From Alkalispirochaeta sp. (lineage in GTDB: Bacteria; Spirochaetota; Spirochaetia; DSM-27196; Alkalispirochaetaceae), in the NCBI GenBank assembly GCA_965601925.1, contig OZ271854.1, forward strand, positions 608,001 to 672,000: DNA of 64,000 nt, written 5' to 3'. The notes under the pieces were generated by a model. That model saw only the letters and a list, made by a program, of their open reading frames with translations, did no database searches and was not told the DNA's origin. Both the position numbers and the translations under genes were made by a program. Positions 19,099-29,529 of the stretch are shown piece after piece (position 1 is the first letter of the stretch; the number at the start of each line of letters is the position of its first letter).

Positions 19099-20454
19099 AT
19101 GACGCGCTGTACGATTCTCACGTTGTGGCTGATTATGTCCGTGGGGGTAGTGGCGGTGTCTTCGCAATCCCCACACACGGCCCTCACCGAACTCGGCGAT
19201 GTCACGACGGCGCTCGAAACACACCGAGTACCGCTCATCGCGATCGTCGTTACCCGGGACGGAGTGTCCTATCGCCTTACACAACACCGAGACGGCCGTA
19301 CCGTCCCGGCGGCCGTCGACGATGAGGATCGCGCGCCGATCTTTGAAGCCGCCTCCCTCGGGAAGGTGGTGACGGCCTATCTCGTCTGCATCCTCGCCGA
19401 TCGCGGTATCGTCTCTTTGGACGAACCGGTATTTCCGTATCTCGAATCTGAGTGGACCGCGGACGACAGTGTCCGAGATGTCACGTTGCGCACGCTCCTG
19501 TCTCATACCGCCGGCTACGGCAACTCGGTGGTTCCCCTAGATAGAACGATATACGACCCTCCGGGCACGCATTTTCGCTACTCCGGCGTCGGATATGTAG
19601 CGGTTATGCGCATGCTGGAGTATAAAACGGGCCGCCCATTCGAGGCGTTGGCCGACGAACACGTCTTTACGCCCTTGGGAATGACCTCGAGCAGTTTTGT
19701 GACCGATCGATCTATCGTCGCGCGCAAGGTGGCACCTCACGTCAATACGACCACCGCACTGGCTGCGGTAGTGATCCCCGCCGTGGCGATTTTTACCGCG
19801 TGTGCGATCGTCGCCGGTCTTATCGTGCGGGTCACAAGACGCCGCCGCACGCTCCGCTCGCTCTTTGTCCCGCTTTTGATCGGCACCGCGCTTTTGGAGA
19901 CCGCGCTCTTTCTGGTGACGGCGCCGCGCTTTCTGTGGATCAACGTCGCCGTATGGGGTGCTACTCTCGCGTGTGTGATTGCGACGCGACATCTGCTGAG
20001 GAGGACGTGGATCGGGATCGCCGTCATCGCGACGTCCATCGCGGCGACCGCCCTTTTCGCGGGAGAGGCGCAGGTACCGCTCATGGCGGAGGCGGTGACG
20101 AAACCGAACGCCGCCTATACGTTCCACACCACGAGCTCCGATCTCTCCCGATTTGCGGAAATCCTACTGGCCGATATCGGTGAGTCGTACCTGCGTCCCA
20201 TGGTCACACCGCAGATTCGCGTCGACACGCATATGAGTTGGGGAAGCGGACTCGGTATCGAGGAGCACGCAGGCCGTACGGTGTACTGGCACTGGGGGTC
20301 CAATATGGGATTCAAGAGCCTCTTGATTATCGACCCTGCAGCGGGAACGACCTCGGTTATGTTGACCAACGGCGACAACGGCTTGGAGGTAGCGCGTCAC
20401 GTGGCACGCACGATGCATGGCGCTGCATTTCGCTTTCGACTTCCGGACGAATGA
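19099..20454 (+). CDS. Serine hydrolase (beta-lactamase class C-like fold) with internal TM insertion
   Basis: Signal peptide; SLGK (SxxK), LLSHTAG, YSG, HWG; four hydrophobic helices mid-protein. Confidence 0.85.
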   Translation: MTRCTILTLWLIMSVGVVAVSSQSPHTALTELGDVTTALETHRVPLIAIVVTRDGVSYRLTQHRDGRTVPAAVDDEDRAPIFEAASLGKVVTAYLVCILADRGIVSLDEPVFPYLESEWTADDSVRDVTLRTLLSHTAGYGNSVVPLDRTIYDPPGTHFRYSGVGYVAVMRMLEYKTGRPFEALADEHVFTPLGMTSSSFVTDRSIVARKVAPHVNTTTALAAVVIPAVAIFTACAIVAGLIVRVTRRRRTLRSLFVPLLIGTALLETALFLVTAPRFLWINVAVWGATLACVIATRHLLRRTWIGIAVIATSIAATALFAGEAQVPLMAEAVTKPNAAYTFHTTSSDLSRFAEILLADIGESYLRPMVTPQIRVDTHMSWGSGLGIEEHAGRTVYWHWGSNMGFKSLLIIDPAAGTTSVMLTNGDNGLEVARHVARTMHGAAFRFRLPDE

Positions 20455-20498
20455 GCGCTCGGCCGCGGGCTGTGCGCCGAGGACGGAAGAGCGCTACG

Positions 20499-21965
20499 CT
20501 ATAGATTCGGCGCCGGGCTCAACATCGCCCAGGAATCGGCCAACTTCTCCGCTATCTGGAACTGCAGGTCACGCAAGCCGGAGAGCGCGATATCGTATTG
20601 CCTCCTGATCTGCTCCAGTCCGGAGTCGCGGACCCCGCGGACTCGCTTCGCGAGAGCGCGCTCATACCGAACGCCCAGCTCCGCGGCCCGGCCCCCCAAC
20701 CCGTCGTACCGGCTCCGTAGCTCCTGCACGTTGGCGACCAACGTTGTTAACCGTCGAGCCGTACCCTCCCGCGCCTTGAGTCGGAATCCGTCGGCCAGCT
20801 CACGCACCAGCTCCGCGACGGGCACGATCTCCTTGATTCGATACGCATTGGCGCCGACGAAAACGAACCCGTGGTTGAGCCGTCCCCGGCGAGCGTTGTT
20901 GAGAGCGATAGAGATGCAGTAGCGCGCCGAGTCCGCCTTGCAGCTGGCCAAACAGCGCCACGCACACTTGAACGCCGGTCGTCTCCCCTCTTCGGCGGCG
21001 GCGATGAACTCGTTACGGATAGCGCGTCCCGGCATGCCGACGGGACTCCGTATAATTCCGATCTCCTCAGGCGTACAGTCCACGTAGGCCTGTTTGAACG
21101 CGTCGTCGGCGTCACACTCGTCGGTCGCCACGAACCGTGTCCCCAACTGTACCGCTTTGGCGCCGAGCGCAAGGGCTGCATGAATATCCGCGCCGGTAAA
21201 TATCCCCCCGCCGGCGACAACGGGAACGGCGCGGCCGAACTCCTCTTCGTACGGTTTTACCGCCTCGACGATCCGTGGAACGATCGCCTCCAACTGATAC
21301 GCCGGATCGTCCAGCTGCTCCTCCGAAAAGCCCAGATGTCCCCCGGCCGAAGGTCCCTCGAACACAACCGCGTCGGGCACGTCGTGGTAGCTCTTCTTCC
21401 ACATCCGAAAGATGAGCTCTGCCGCCCGCGCAGAACTGACGATCGGAAGCGCCTTGACGCCGGCGGCGCGCATCCGTTCAACGGGGATGTCTTTGACCGG
21501 AAGGCCGGCTCCCATGACGACTAAATCGACCTTCTCCTCTATCGCGACGTCCAGAAGCTCGCGAAAGTCGTTGACCGCCACCATGATGTTCACTCCGATA
21601 ATACCCTCGGTGCGTCGTCGTGCAGCGCGAATCTCCCGCCGAAAGGCCCGCAGATTGGCGGCGCGTCCGTCCTTGTAGTAGTCCTTCTCGAGCATACCGA
21701 TACCGTTTGCGGCGATGATGCCGACCCCACCCGCCTCGGCCACCGCTGAGGCGAGCCCCGACAGAGAGACACCGACCCCCATACCGCCCTGGATGATGGG
21801 CACCGGCGCGCACAGATCGCCGATCCGCAACGGGGGCCACTCGAAACGCGGCGAACGGGGAAGCCGCAAGGACTCACGCAGCTCCTTAAAGGGAAGCGTA
21901 GCGGATAGCTCCTCGGTCAGACTCTTCAAAGTAGTCAACACGTTTTCCAACTGAAATGTGTGCAC
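20499..21965 (-). CDS. Nitronate monooxygenase / FabK-like flavin oxidoreductase with C-terminal helical extension
   Basis: PIIQGGMG, GAGLP, EGPSAGGHLG, GGI, GTRF, CxxxCxxxC; AGGAGA RBS before GTG. Confidence 0.85.
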   Translation of the reverse strand: MHTFQLENVLTTLKSLTEELSATLPFKELRESLRLPRSPRFEWPPLRIGDLCAPVPIIQGGMGVGVSLSGLASAVAEAGGVGIIAANGIGMLEKDYYKDGRAANLRAFRREIRAARRRTEGIIGVNIMVAVNDFRELLDVAIEEKVDLVVMGAGLPVKDIPVERMRAAGVKALPIVSSARAAELIFRMWKKSYHDVPDAVVFEGPSAGGHLGFSEEQLDDPAYQLEAIVPRIVEAVKPYEEEFGRAVPVVAGGGIFTGADIHAALALGAKAVQLGTRFVATDECDADDAFKQAYVDCTPEEIGIIRSPVGMPGRAIRNEFIAAAEEGRRPAFKCAWRCLASCKADSARYCISIALNNARRGRLNHGFVFVGANAYRIKEIVPVAELVRELADGFRLKAREGTARRLTTLVANVQELRSRYDGLGGRAAELGVRYERALAKRVRGVRDSGLEQIRRQYDIALSGLRDLQFQIAEKLADSWAMLSPAPNL

Positions 21966-22101
21966 GTATGTCTCCTAGGAGCGGGCGGCTCAAAGATATT
22001 CGGCCCGCGGCCGATTTCTTATTATCGCACGTTTGCCGTCTCTCGGATAGTGACGCGCCGGTTGGTTGCCGCTCCGACGCCGGCACAGCAGATATGGCGG
22101 T

Positions 22102-23811
22102 TCAGTCCGGCCCTTCCGTATCTCGATCTCCGGCGGCAACGTCGACGAACAGCGGGAAAAACTCGCTCATCGGAGTGTGCGGCGGCGCCTGAGAGCCCTC
22201 CATGCCGAACTCGAATCCCCGTTCGACGAAGCGGTCGAGAATCTCTCCATCGCGGGCGGCGATGTGAATCGGAACCGAAAGATGCGCGTCGAGTTCGCGG
22301 ATGGGTCGTTGCGCCTGATGGTCGCCGAATATCATAATGACGGGACTCCGCGACACATCGAGGTGCTCTTCGACGTAGTCGGAGATCACCCGAAACACAT
22401 ATGAGATGGCGGCAATGTACCCCTCGTCCAACTGAGTACCGCCGGTCCACGTGTTGTCGAAGGTGCGCACCTCGTCTGCGAGCTCACGGTAGATCGATCC
22501 GTCGCCCAGCCGCTCCCAATCATCGATAAGCGGCGGAATACGGTTGAACGGAGTGTGACTGCTCACGAGTTGGTAGTAGGCGAACAGCGGCCGATCGTAT
22601 GCCGCGCCGCCGGGAGAGGTGACCTCCGCGATACGGCGATGGGCGGCCCATAGTGCAAACTGATCGGTGACGGCGACGTAGGAGAACCACGGACCGGCGT
22701 ACCCGAAATCGCCGTCGTAGGCCACCAGCATATCCTCGAAGCGGTAGAGCTCCCACCCCTCGGGCCACGATCCGTGCACCGTCCCGGGGCGAACCGTTAG
22801 GGTGTAGTATCCGCCGGCGTGGAGGAACCCGCTCAGCGTCGGAAGCTCGGCACCGTACAGCTCCTCGAACGCCGGTTGCGAATCGATCCATTGGCCGGTG
22901 AGAAGTGTCGCTTCGGCGAGCCAACTGAACCCGCCGGCGACCGGAGAGCGCAGAAAGCTCGAGACGACGCGATACCCCTTTTCACCGAGCGTCGCCTCCA
23001 GCGCGGTCCTCTCCGGGCGTAGGGATGCGGCGAGCTCTTCGCGGCTGAAGGCGGCGTACCCGTAAGCCTCGACGGCGAACACGTAAATATCGCGGTCCAA
23101 GATTCCCGGGAAACGGTAGTGCGTCTCGACGGCGGCGCCGCTCGGGATGAGTGGATCCCCGTGTCGCTCCGTCGGGTCGTCGGCCAACGCGTCTCGTATA
23201 TCGGCGCGGCCGCTCTCACCCCAGGCGGCGACGGCGCGTATCGCAAGATCGGGAGACACCCCGGCGACAGCGATCGCGCCCCCGCTCAGGACGGTCGCCG
23301 CCGCGAGGACGTGCGCCGCGTACGGGACGCGACTGAGTACGTTGCCGGCGGCGGACACGTAGGCGATCCCAATGAGAAAAAACGCGACAAAGACCGCCGT
23401 GATGACGACCGGAGTCAGGATGCCGGCCCACGGACCGATTCTCCCGACCGTCAGCTGCAACAGGCTCCGCGCCATAGGAATATCCGCACGAGGTACGAAA
23501 GGGCGCGCGTAGATGTACCGAATAGCCGCCTCTGCGACGGCAAACCCAATTACGTACCCGACGACGACGCCGACGGCGGCTCGCCATCGCGCCCGGAGGC
23601 GGCGCGAGTAGACCAGAAACGTCGCCCAAAGGGCGCCAACCGTCTCGATACGGGGAATGAAGATCGAGCGGGGCGACCCTTCGGCGCTCCACTCCGGGAG
23701 CGCGATCGCGATATTGAGAGCGAAAAACGCGATCGCGACGAAGAAAACGCTCGCGATGATGCCGAGGCGGTCGCTGTTTTTACTCATACGGCGTCGGGAA
23801 ACGTACCGCAT
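22102..23811 (-). CDS. Membrane-anchored sulfatase / alkaline phosphatase superfamily protein
   Basis: N-terminal TMs; VEAYG, GGFSWLAEATL, SSHTP, GDHQ. Confidence 0.75.
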   Translation of the reverse strand: MRYVSRRRMSKNSDRLGIIASVFFVAIAFFALNIAIALPEWSAEGSPRSIFIPRIETVGALWATFLVYSRRLRARWRAAVGVVVGYVIGFAVAEAAIRYIYARPFVPRADIPMARSLLQLTVGRIGPWAGILTPVVITAVFVAFFLIGIAYVSAAGNVLSRVPYAAHVLAAATVLSGGAIAVAGVSPDLAIRAVAAWGESGRADIRDALADDPTERHGDPLIPSGAAVETHYRFPGILDRDIYVFAVEAYGYAAFSREELAASLRPERTALEATLGEKGYRVVSSFLRSPVAGGFSWLAEATLLTGQWIDSQPAFEELYGAELPTLSGFLHAGGYYTLTVRPGTVHGSWPEGWELYRFEDMLVAYDGDFGYAGPWFSYVAVTDQFALWAAHRRIAEVTSPGGAAYDRPLFAYYQLVSSHTPFNRIPPLIDDWERLGDGSIYRELADEVRTFDNTWTGGTQLDEGYIAAISYVFRVISDYVEEHLDVSRSPVIMIFGDHQAQRPIRELDAHLSVPIHIAARDGEILDRFVERGFEFGMEGSQAPPHTPMSEFFPLFVDVAAGDRDTEGPD

Positions 23812-23885
23812 GGCGGCTCACCGGGGCAAGTGTGACCGCTACGGGACGAGCGTCGGCATCGACGCCGGAGCCGTACTACTGAGTA

Positions 23886-24135
23886 TCAGCTCTCACCGTC
23901 GGGGAAAAAGCCGTACACCGCACCATCTCGACATCGACCGGCGCCGGCGGCTCGACACAACGCTCATGATGTTCTTTTGAAATGCGAGAAACGCCTCGGT
24001 ATCAGCCGGCGGACTCCTTCCGTCGGTAGTATCGATGGACGCCACATAAAAAAGGTTACTCCGTCCTCGGCCCTGAACGTCGCATACCGCAGATTCGCCG
24101 GCCTCATCCGGTGGAGCTCCTCGTATACGCCCTGA
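23886..24135 (-). pseudogene. Frameshifted remnant of a small conserved hypothetical protein
   Basis: Joining frames gives VYEELHRMRPANLRYATFRAEDGVTF / VASIDTTDGRSPPADTEAFLAFQKNI / ERCVEPP, resembling a small-protein family I recognise; no start seen. Confidence 0.55.
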
Positions 24136-24234
24136 CGCCCAGCGGGTCGCGGTTCTACCCGGTGCTTAAGCTCCTCGGCGATTGGGCGGATGCCCACACC
24201 AGAGACGCCCGGCGAGAGTGAGGCATCCGGCGTC

Positions 24235-24729
24235 TCAGCGCGCCTGCCGTCGATACCGTGCATCGCGGGCGGCTTGCGCCCGCACTCGATAGGCGCGTCT
24301 GCCGGCGGCGAGAAAGAATGATGTTGAGGCGACCACATGCAGGAACACGGCCACGGTATACAGCTCGGGATACCCGCGCTTGATGAAGAGTAAGTCCCGT
24401 CGTACGACCGCGGCGATCGCCTCCCATGTGGCGAGTATCCACGTCGCCGCGGCAATCCCGTGATGTCCGCTCCCATAGGCGCGAAACGTTATCGCGACCA
24501 ATATGAACGTCTGGAACAGATAGGCGGAGAAGAGTTCCACGGGGGAAACGGATATGACGCCGGATGCTCCGACAAAGGCGAACCAGATATTTCTCAACCC
24601 GTCGGTGGCTCCGAGCGCCGCCAAGACGATACCGGCGAGAATGCCGATTCCGATTGCACGAGCACGCGCGTTCTCTCGACGCTTGGCCTCGGTGAGAATC
24701 TGTTTGTCGTTCCCTCGCATCGGCACCAT
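24235..24729 (-). CDS. Hypothetical membrane protein
   Basis: About 4-5 hydrophobic segments; divergent from the dienelactone hydrolase gene. Confidence 0.55.
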   Translation of the reverse strand: MVPMRGNDKQILTEAKRRENARARAIGIGILAGIVLAALGATDGLRNIWFAFVGASGVISVSPVELFSAYLFQTFILVAITFRAYGSGHHGIAAATWILATWEAIAAVVRRDLLFIKRGYPELYTVAVFLHVVASTSFFLAAGRRAYRVRAQAARDARYRRQAR

Positions 24730-24785
24730 GAGCAAAGTAGTATTTTCTACCGAAGACGGCCACAATGCAAACAGAGGACGGTGCC

Positions 24786-25649
24786 ATGGAAACACGACGG
24801 AATGGACGGCGATGGTGGCGATGGATCGTATTCGCACCGGTAGCCCTTATCGTCGCTGCGGCGTTATGGGGACTCCTCGATGCGGTGGACGGCGCGAGCG
24901 CCCGAACGGTGTGGAATCGCACCTGGAGGGACGCCGGCGGGCGCGAACTCGGAGGATATCTTGTCGTACCGGAAGAGGCGCGGCGCGTGGTGTCGGTCAC
25001 CGCAACCCGCACCCTCGCCGCGACACAACGTTCGGACGACGGACGGTATCCCGCAGTGCTACTCATTCACGAGTGGTGGGGACTCACCGTCGATACGGCG
25101 CGCATGGCCGACCAGTTGGCCGCCGACGGTTACATCGTACTCGCCGTCGACGCGTTGCGGGGTCGACGCGCGGTAAGTGTACCGGGAGCTCTCACCCTCA
25201 TGATCATGACGAGCGAGGAGGTGATCGATCGGGATATCGATCGCGCCTTGGACGAGCTTGCGGCGCTTCCCGACGTCGATCCCCGACGAATCGCAGTCGC
25301 CGGTTTCTGCTTCGGCGGCTCCCAAGCGATGCGATTGGGTAGCCGACGGGACGACGTCGCGGCGACGGCGATTTTTTACGGCGGGGGGCCCTTTTCAACC
25401 GCCGAGGAGGTCGGCCTGCTCGGACGATCGGGGCCGGTGTTGGGCATCTACGGAGCGGCGGACCGAACGATTCCCACCGAGGAGGTACAGCGGTTCGAGT
25501 CGCTGCTCCTCGACGCCGGTGTCGACGCGCGAATCACGATCTATGACGGTGTCGGACACGCCTTTGTCGATCCGGTGAGCATCGGCATCGACCCCATCGC
25601 CGCCAGGGCGTGGGATCAGTTCCGCCTGTTTCTGATGAGCGCCTTGTAG
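24786..25649 (+). CDS. Dienelactone hydrolase family protein with N-terminal membrane anchor
   Basis: HEWWG, GFCFGG, D (AADRTIP), GHAF. Confidence 0.9.
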   Translation: METRRNGRRWWRWIVFAPVALIVAAALWGLLDAVDGASARTVWNRTWRDAGGRELGGYLVVPEEARRVVSVTATRTLAATQRSDDGRYPAVLLIHEWWGLTVDTARMADQLAADGYIVLAVDALRGRRAVSVPGALTLMIMTSEEVIDRDIDRALDELAALPDVDPRRIAVAGFCFGGSQAMRLGSRRDDVAATAIFYGGGPFSTAEEVGLLGRSGPVLGIYGAADRTIPTEEVQRFESLLLDAGVDARITIYDGVGHAFVDPVSIGIDPIAARAWDQFRLFLMSAL

Positions 25650-25682
25650 TCTGCTCATCCGCCATTGAGTATGTTTACGGGC

Positions 25683-26267
25683 ATGGTAGTGACGATCCTG
25701 CGAATCCTTGCGAGCGTGGCCGCCTTCACGGCCGCGGCGATCGGCATGGAGTTTGTCGCGCGCTTCATGCACAAATACGTCATGCACGGAAGAGGGTGGT
25801 GCTTTCATTACGATCACCACAACCATTCGGGACGCGTATTTCAGAAGAACGACCTCTATTTTTTCTTCTTTGCCGGGCTCTCCTTTGTCCTGATATTCTT
25901 CGGATTGCGCGCCGGGTGGTACGAAATGGCCGCCGCCGGACTGGGCGTGGCGCTCTACGGCGTGGGCTACGTGCTCTTTCACGACATCATGTTTCACGGC
26001 CGGATCAAGCGGTTTAAGTTCAAACCGAAACACCCGTACCTCAAGCGCATCATTAACGCCCACCGCGTGCACCACGCAACCGTGACCCAAGGCGGCGCGG
26101 TGAGCTTCAGCTTTCTATGGGCGCCGAAGTTCTACAACCCGGACAACCAAGAGGCGATCAACGCAAAACTCAAAGAGATTAGAGAGATGCAACTGGCCAT
26201 AAAGCGTCGTGAGCGAGAGCGCGCCGCCGCATCGGGCGTCACGACGGCGGAGCCGAACAACAGCTGA
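25683..26267 (+). CDS. crtZ: Beta-carotene hydroxylase
   Basis: His motifs HKYVMHG, HYDHH, HDIMFHGR, HRVHH; KNDLY; SFSFLWAP. Confidence 0.88.
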   Translation: MVVTILRILASVAAFTAAAIGMEFVARFMHKYVMHGRGWCFHYDHHNHSGRVFQKNDLYFFFFAGLSFVLIFFGLRAGWYEMAAAGLGVALYGVGYVLFHDIMFHGRIKRFKFKPKHPYLKRIINAHRVHHATVTQGGAVSFSFLWAPKFYNPDNQEAINAKLKEIREMQLAIKRRERERAAASGVTTAEPNNS

Positions 26268-26291
26268 GCCCCACCGCTCCGACGTACGATC

Positions 26292-26966
26292 TTAACCGAG
26301 CGCACCTTTGACGTAGGTAGTCACCGCGTCCAGTTCGTCTTCGTTGATGGTGTGCCCCATTCCCTCGTAGAGTCGTAGATCGACCGCACCGTTCAACGAT
26401 TCCGCCACACGCGCACTCTCGACGACGCGCTCTTTGGGTATATGCATGTCCACATCGCTGCACCCGAAAAAAACGGGCGTCCCATCGAGATCGCCGTCGA
26501 AGGCGAAGACCGTATCGGGCGGGCCGATGAGGCCACCGCTCAGAGCGAATACGCCGCCGTAGCGCCGCGGGTACCGTACGACGGTATCGCTCGCGAGGCA
26601 CGCGCCCTGGCTGAACCCGGCGATAAAGAGGCGTTGGGGCGGCGTTCCCTGCTCGATCAGTTGATCGATAAGGGAGGCCGCGGCCGCTCTCGCGGAGTCG
26701 AGCCACGGCTGATTCTGCTCTTCGGGAGCCAGAAAGGGATAGGGGTACCACGTCGCATTCGCCGCGTCGGGAGCCACGAGCAGCGTATCTTCGCGGCCGA
26801 GGCGACGGGCGATCTCCCGCCCGAGCCCGATGATCCCGTCGGCCCCCGCTCCGCGGCCGTGTAGCAACAAGATCGTAGCGCCCGCACGAGCCGGGCTCGG
26901 CCCCTCCGAGAAGACCGGTCTACCGGCGTGCGGCCCGTCGATTCGGGACAGATCGATTGCTTTCAT
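26292..26966 (-). CDS. Phospholipase/carboxylesterase family alpha/beta hydrolase
   Basis: LLHGRG, WYPYPFLAP, GFSQG, D, GHTIN. Confidence 0.9.
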   Translation of the reverse strand: MKAIDLSRIDGPHAGRPVFSEGPSPARAGATILLLHGRGAGADGIIGLGREIARRLGREDTLLVAPDAANATWYPYPFLAPEEQNQPWLDSARAAAASLIDQLIEQGTPPQRLFIAGFSQGACLASDTVVRYPRRYGGVFALSGGLIGPPDTVFAFDGDLDGTPVFFGCSDVDMHIPKERVVESARVAESLNGAVDLRLYEGMGHTINEDELDAVTTYVKGALG

Positions 26967-27400
26967 ATGTCGTCTCCTGTGATGTCGTCTCGAGCCGTCG
27001 AGCGATACGGAACGGCCCCGTCGGTTTGAATGAAGATCGAATACCGCGGGACGCCCCCGACGTTGCGCGTACGGTGCCCCCGGCCTTCGGTGTCTTCCAA
27101 GAACAGCGTCGTTCCCGCCCCCACCACTCGCGTCTCGCCGTCGCCTACTTGGATTTCGATCGCGCCGGTCACGACGACGACGAACTGGCGCGCCGGCGTC
27201 GGGTGCCAGTCGTAGTCGTAATCCGCACCGGTGCTCCGAAAGATGATCTTCGCCGGACCGATGACGTCCGAGAGTCGCCCGATCTCTCCGGCCGACCGCA
27301 ACTCGACTCGGCCGTCCTCGAAATGCGTTACACCCTCGGTATCGCTGTAGATGCGCACCACGGGAAACCACTCCTCGGTATGATTCGATTCCTGTTCCAT
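26963..27400 (-). CDS. Cupin domain protein
   Basis: WHPTPARQ, EDTEGRGH; overlaps the esterase start. Confidence 0.8.
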   Translation of the reverse strand: MEQESNHTEEWFPVVRIYSDTEGVTHFEDGRVELRSAGEIGRLSDVIGPAKIIFRSTGADYDYDWHPTPARQFVVVVTGAIEIQVGDGETRVVGAGTTLFLEDTEGRGHRTRNVGGVPRYSIFIQTDGAVPYRSTARDDITGDDI

Positions 27401-27482
27401 GGCGCAAACATACGAACACCGCGAAGAAAGGTCAATGTTGAACTATATTAAACGTAGAGCGGTCGGCGACTTTCGAACCGTA

Positions 27483-28445
27483 CTACCCTTCAAGCGGCGC
27501 CTGCAGCGTCTCACTCCCGGTCCGTGACGCACTACTACTCAGACGGACCGCGACCAGGACGAAGAACGCACCGGCCCACTGTATCGCGGTAAGTCGTTCG
27601 TCAAGAACGATCCAACCGGTAACGGCGGTGACAACGGGAATCGCGTTGATGTACAGCGCTGCGCGGCTCGCCCTCTCGTACCGCAACGCCCAGTTGTACA
27701 AGAGAAACGCCGCGACGGTCGCTCCGATGGAAAGAAAGAGCAGCGCTCCCCATCCGAACCCGTCGAGGGAGATCGGCCCGAATCGGTCGCCGGTGACGGC
27801 CCACAGGAGCACGAACACACCGCCGCCCCACCACGTCTGCACGATCGTGACGCTGACCGGATCGTGGTGCTGGTTGAGCCTTCTCGCCAGCGTGATGTAG
27901 CACGCCGCGGAGAGGACCGCACCGATCACGAGAAGGACACCCGCGAGCTGCCCCGTGAGCACACCCGCCACGATGCGCCGCCCATTCGGACCGGCCTCCG
28001 AGGCGGCAGTCCCGGCCGATGAGCCGAACACCAATAGGGCGATACCCGCCATAGAGACGAACACTGCGACGATCCCACGCCCACTCAGCGGTTCTCCGAG
28101 AAACAGCGAGGCGAGCACGGCCACCGCGAGGGGTATCGTGGCGATGATGAGCGCGGCGGTCGTCGCCGGTATGAGACGAAGTCCGAAGCTCTCGAACAGA
28201 AAGTACGCGATCGGCTCCGCCAGGGCGGTGAGGGCGATGAGCGCATGGGTACGTCGGGAGAATCGCGGTCGCCCTCGTACAACCATCACGACGCCGAGCA
28301 CGGCGGAGGCGATTAAAAACCGAATCGCCATGTAGGTGATCGGCGATATCTGCTCCAACACCAACTTCGACGCGACAAAGGAGACGCCCCAGAAGAGCAT
28401 CGTCGTCACCATTGCCAGCTGTACCGCAACTCCGGGGGGCTTCAT
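27483..28445 (-). CDS. DMT/EamA family transporter
   Basis: 10 TM in two repeats; WGVSFVASK, RFLIA. Confidence 0.9.
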   Translation of the reverse strand: MKPPGVAVQLAMVTTMLFWGVSFVASKLVLEQISPITYMAIRFLIASAVLGVVMVVRGRPRFSRRTHALIALTALAEPIAYFLFESFGLRLIPATTAALIIATIPLAVAVLASLFLGEPLSGRGIVAVFVSMAGIALLVFGSSAGTAASEAGPNGRRIVAGVLTGQLAGVLLVIGAVLSAACYITLARRLNQHHDPVSVTIVQTWWGGGVFVLLWAVTGDRFGPISLDGFGWGALLFLSIGATVAAFLLYNWALRYERASRAALYINAIPVVTAVTGWIVLDERLTAIQWAGAFFVLVAVRLSSSASRTGSETLQAPLEG

Positions 28446-28563
28446 AAACGGTGTGAGTGTATCGCGCTCAGTACGCTCGTCACAAGCTGCCGGGAGGGAC
28501 CGCAACGCGCCTCGTACGTCCCGGCGCGTTGCGGCGTTCTCCGAGCAATGCCATAATGGCGAC

Positions 28564-29529
28564 ATGCGGGAATATCGGTGGCCGCTGGGCGGCATTGCGA
28601 CCGGCGAGGTGATCTACGGTTGCATGGAAATCGGGGGCGGCTGGGACGATACGCCGCCGGGACGGGAAACGCGCAGCCGCGCCTTTGCCGTCCTCGACGC
28701 GGCGATCGAGGCGGGATACACGATGTTCGACCACGCCGACATCTATTGTCGGGGCAAGTCGGAGACGCTTTTCGGGGAATGGCTCTCCGCGCGGGGCGAT
28801 GTTCGCGATCGAATCACGATTCAGTCGAAATGCGGCATCCTACTCGCCGACGGAGACGCACAACCCTCACCGCGTCCGACGATGTACGACTTTTCATACG
28901 ACCATATTACACGATCCGTCGACGGCATCCTTTCGCGACTCGGGGTGGAGAGAATCGATGTTCTTCTCCTCCACCGACCCGATCCACTCGTCGAGCCGGA
29001 GGAGGTCGCCCGCGCCTTCGACGATCTTCACGGCGCCGGCAAAGTTCGTTCATTCGGCGTGAGCAACCACTCGGCGATGCAAATCGATCTCCTACGTTCG
29101 GCGACCGATTATCCGATTGTCGCCAACCAGATGGAGATCAGCCTCGCCCATCCCGATCTCCTCCTTGCCGGAACGGCGGTCAACCAGCGTGAACCGACGT
29201 GGTCGATGCGGGCCGCCGACACGGTTGAGTACTGCCGGTTGGAGGGAATTACCCTTCAGGCGTGGTCGCCGTTAGGTCGCGGCATCTACTCAGGGCGCGA
29301 GGAAAATGCGACCGCACGAGTGGTGGAACGCCTCGCCGCCGAGTACGACGTGAGCCGAGAGGCGATCGTGTTGGCGTGGATCATGCACCACCCGGCGCCG
29401 ATCTTACCGGTCGTGGGATCTACGAACACCGACCGCATCGCTGCCGCCGCGGAGGCGTCGGGAGTACGACTGAGTCGCGAACACTGGTATCTTCTCGCCG
29501 AGTCGGCGCGCGGCATGGGGATGCCCTGA
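28564..29529 (+). CDS. Aldo/keto reductase (YdhF-like)
   Basis: FDHADIY, QSKCGI, LLLHRPD, GVSNH, QAWSPL. Confidence 0.92.
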   Translation: MREYRWPLGGIATGEVIYGCMEIGGGWDDTPPGRETRSRAFAVLDAAIEAGYTMFDHADIYCRGKSETLFGEWLSARGDVRDRITIQSKCGILLADGDAQPSPRPTMYDFSYDHITRSVDGILSRLGVERIDVLLLHRPDPLVEPEEVARAFDDLHGAGKVRSFGVSNHSAMQIDLLRSATDYPIVANQMEISLAHPDLLLAGTAVNQREPTWSMRAADTVEYCRLEGITLQAWSPLGRGIYSGREENATARVVERLAAEYDVSREAIVLAWIMHHPAPILPVVGSTNTDRIAAAAEASGVRLSREHWYLLAESARGMGMP

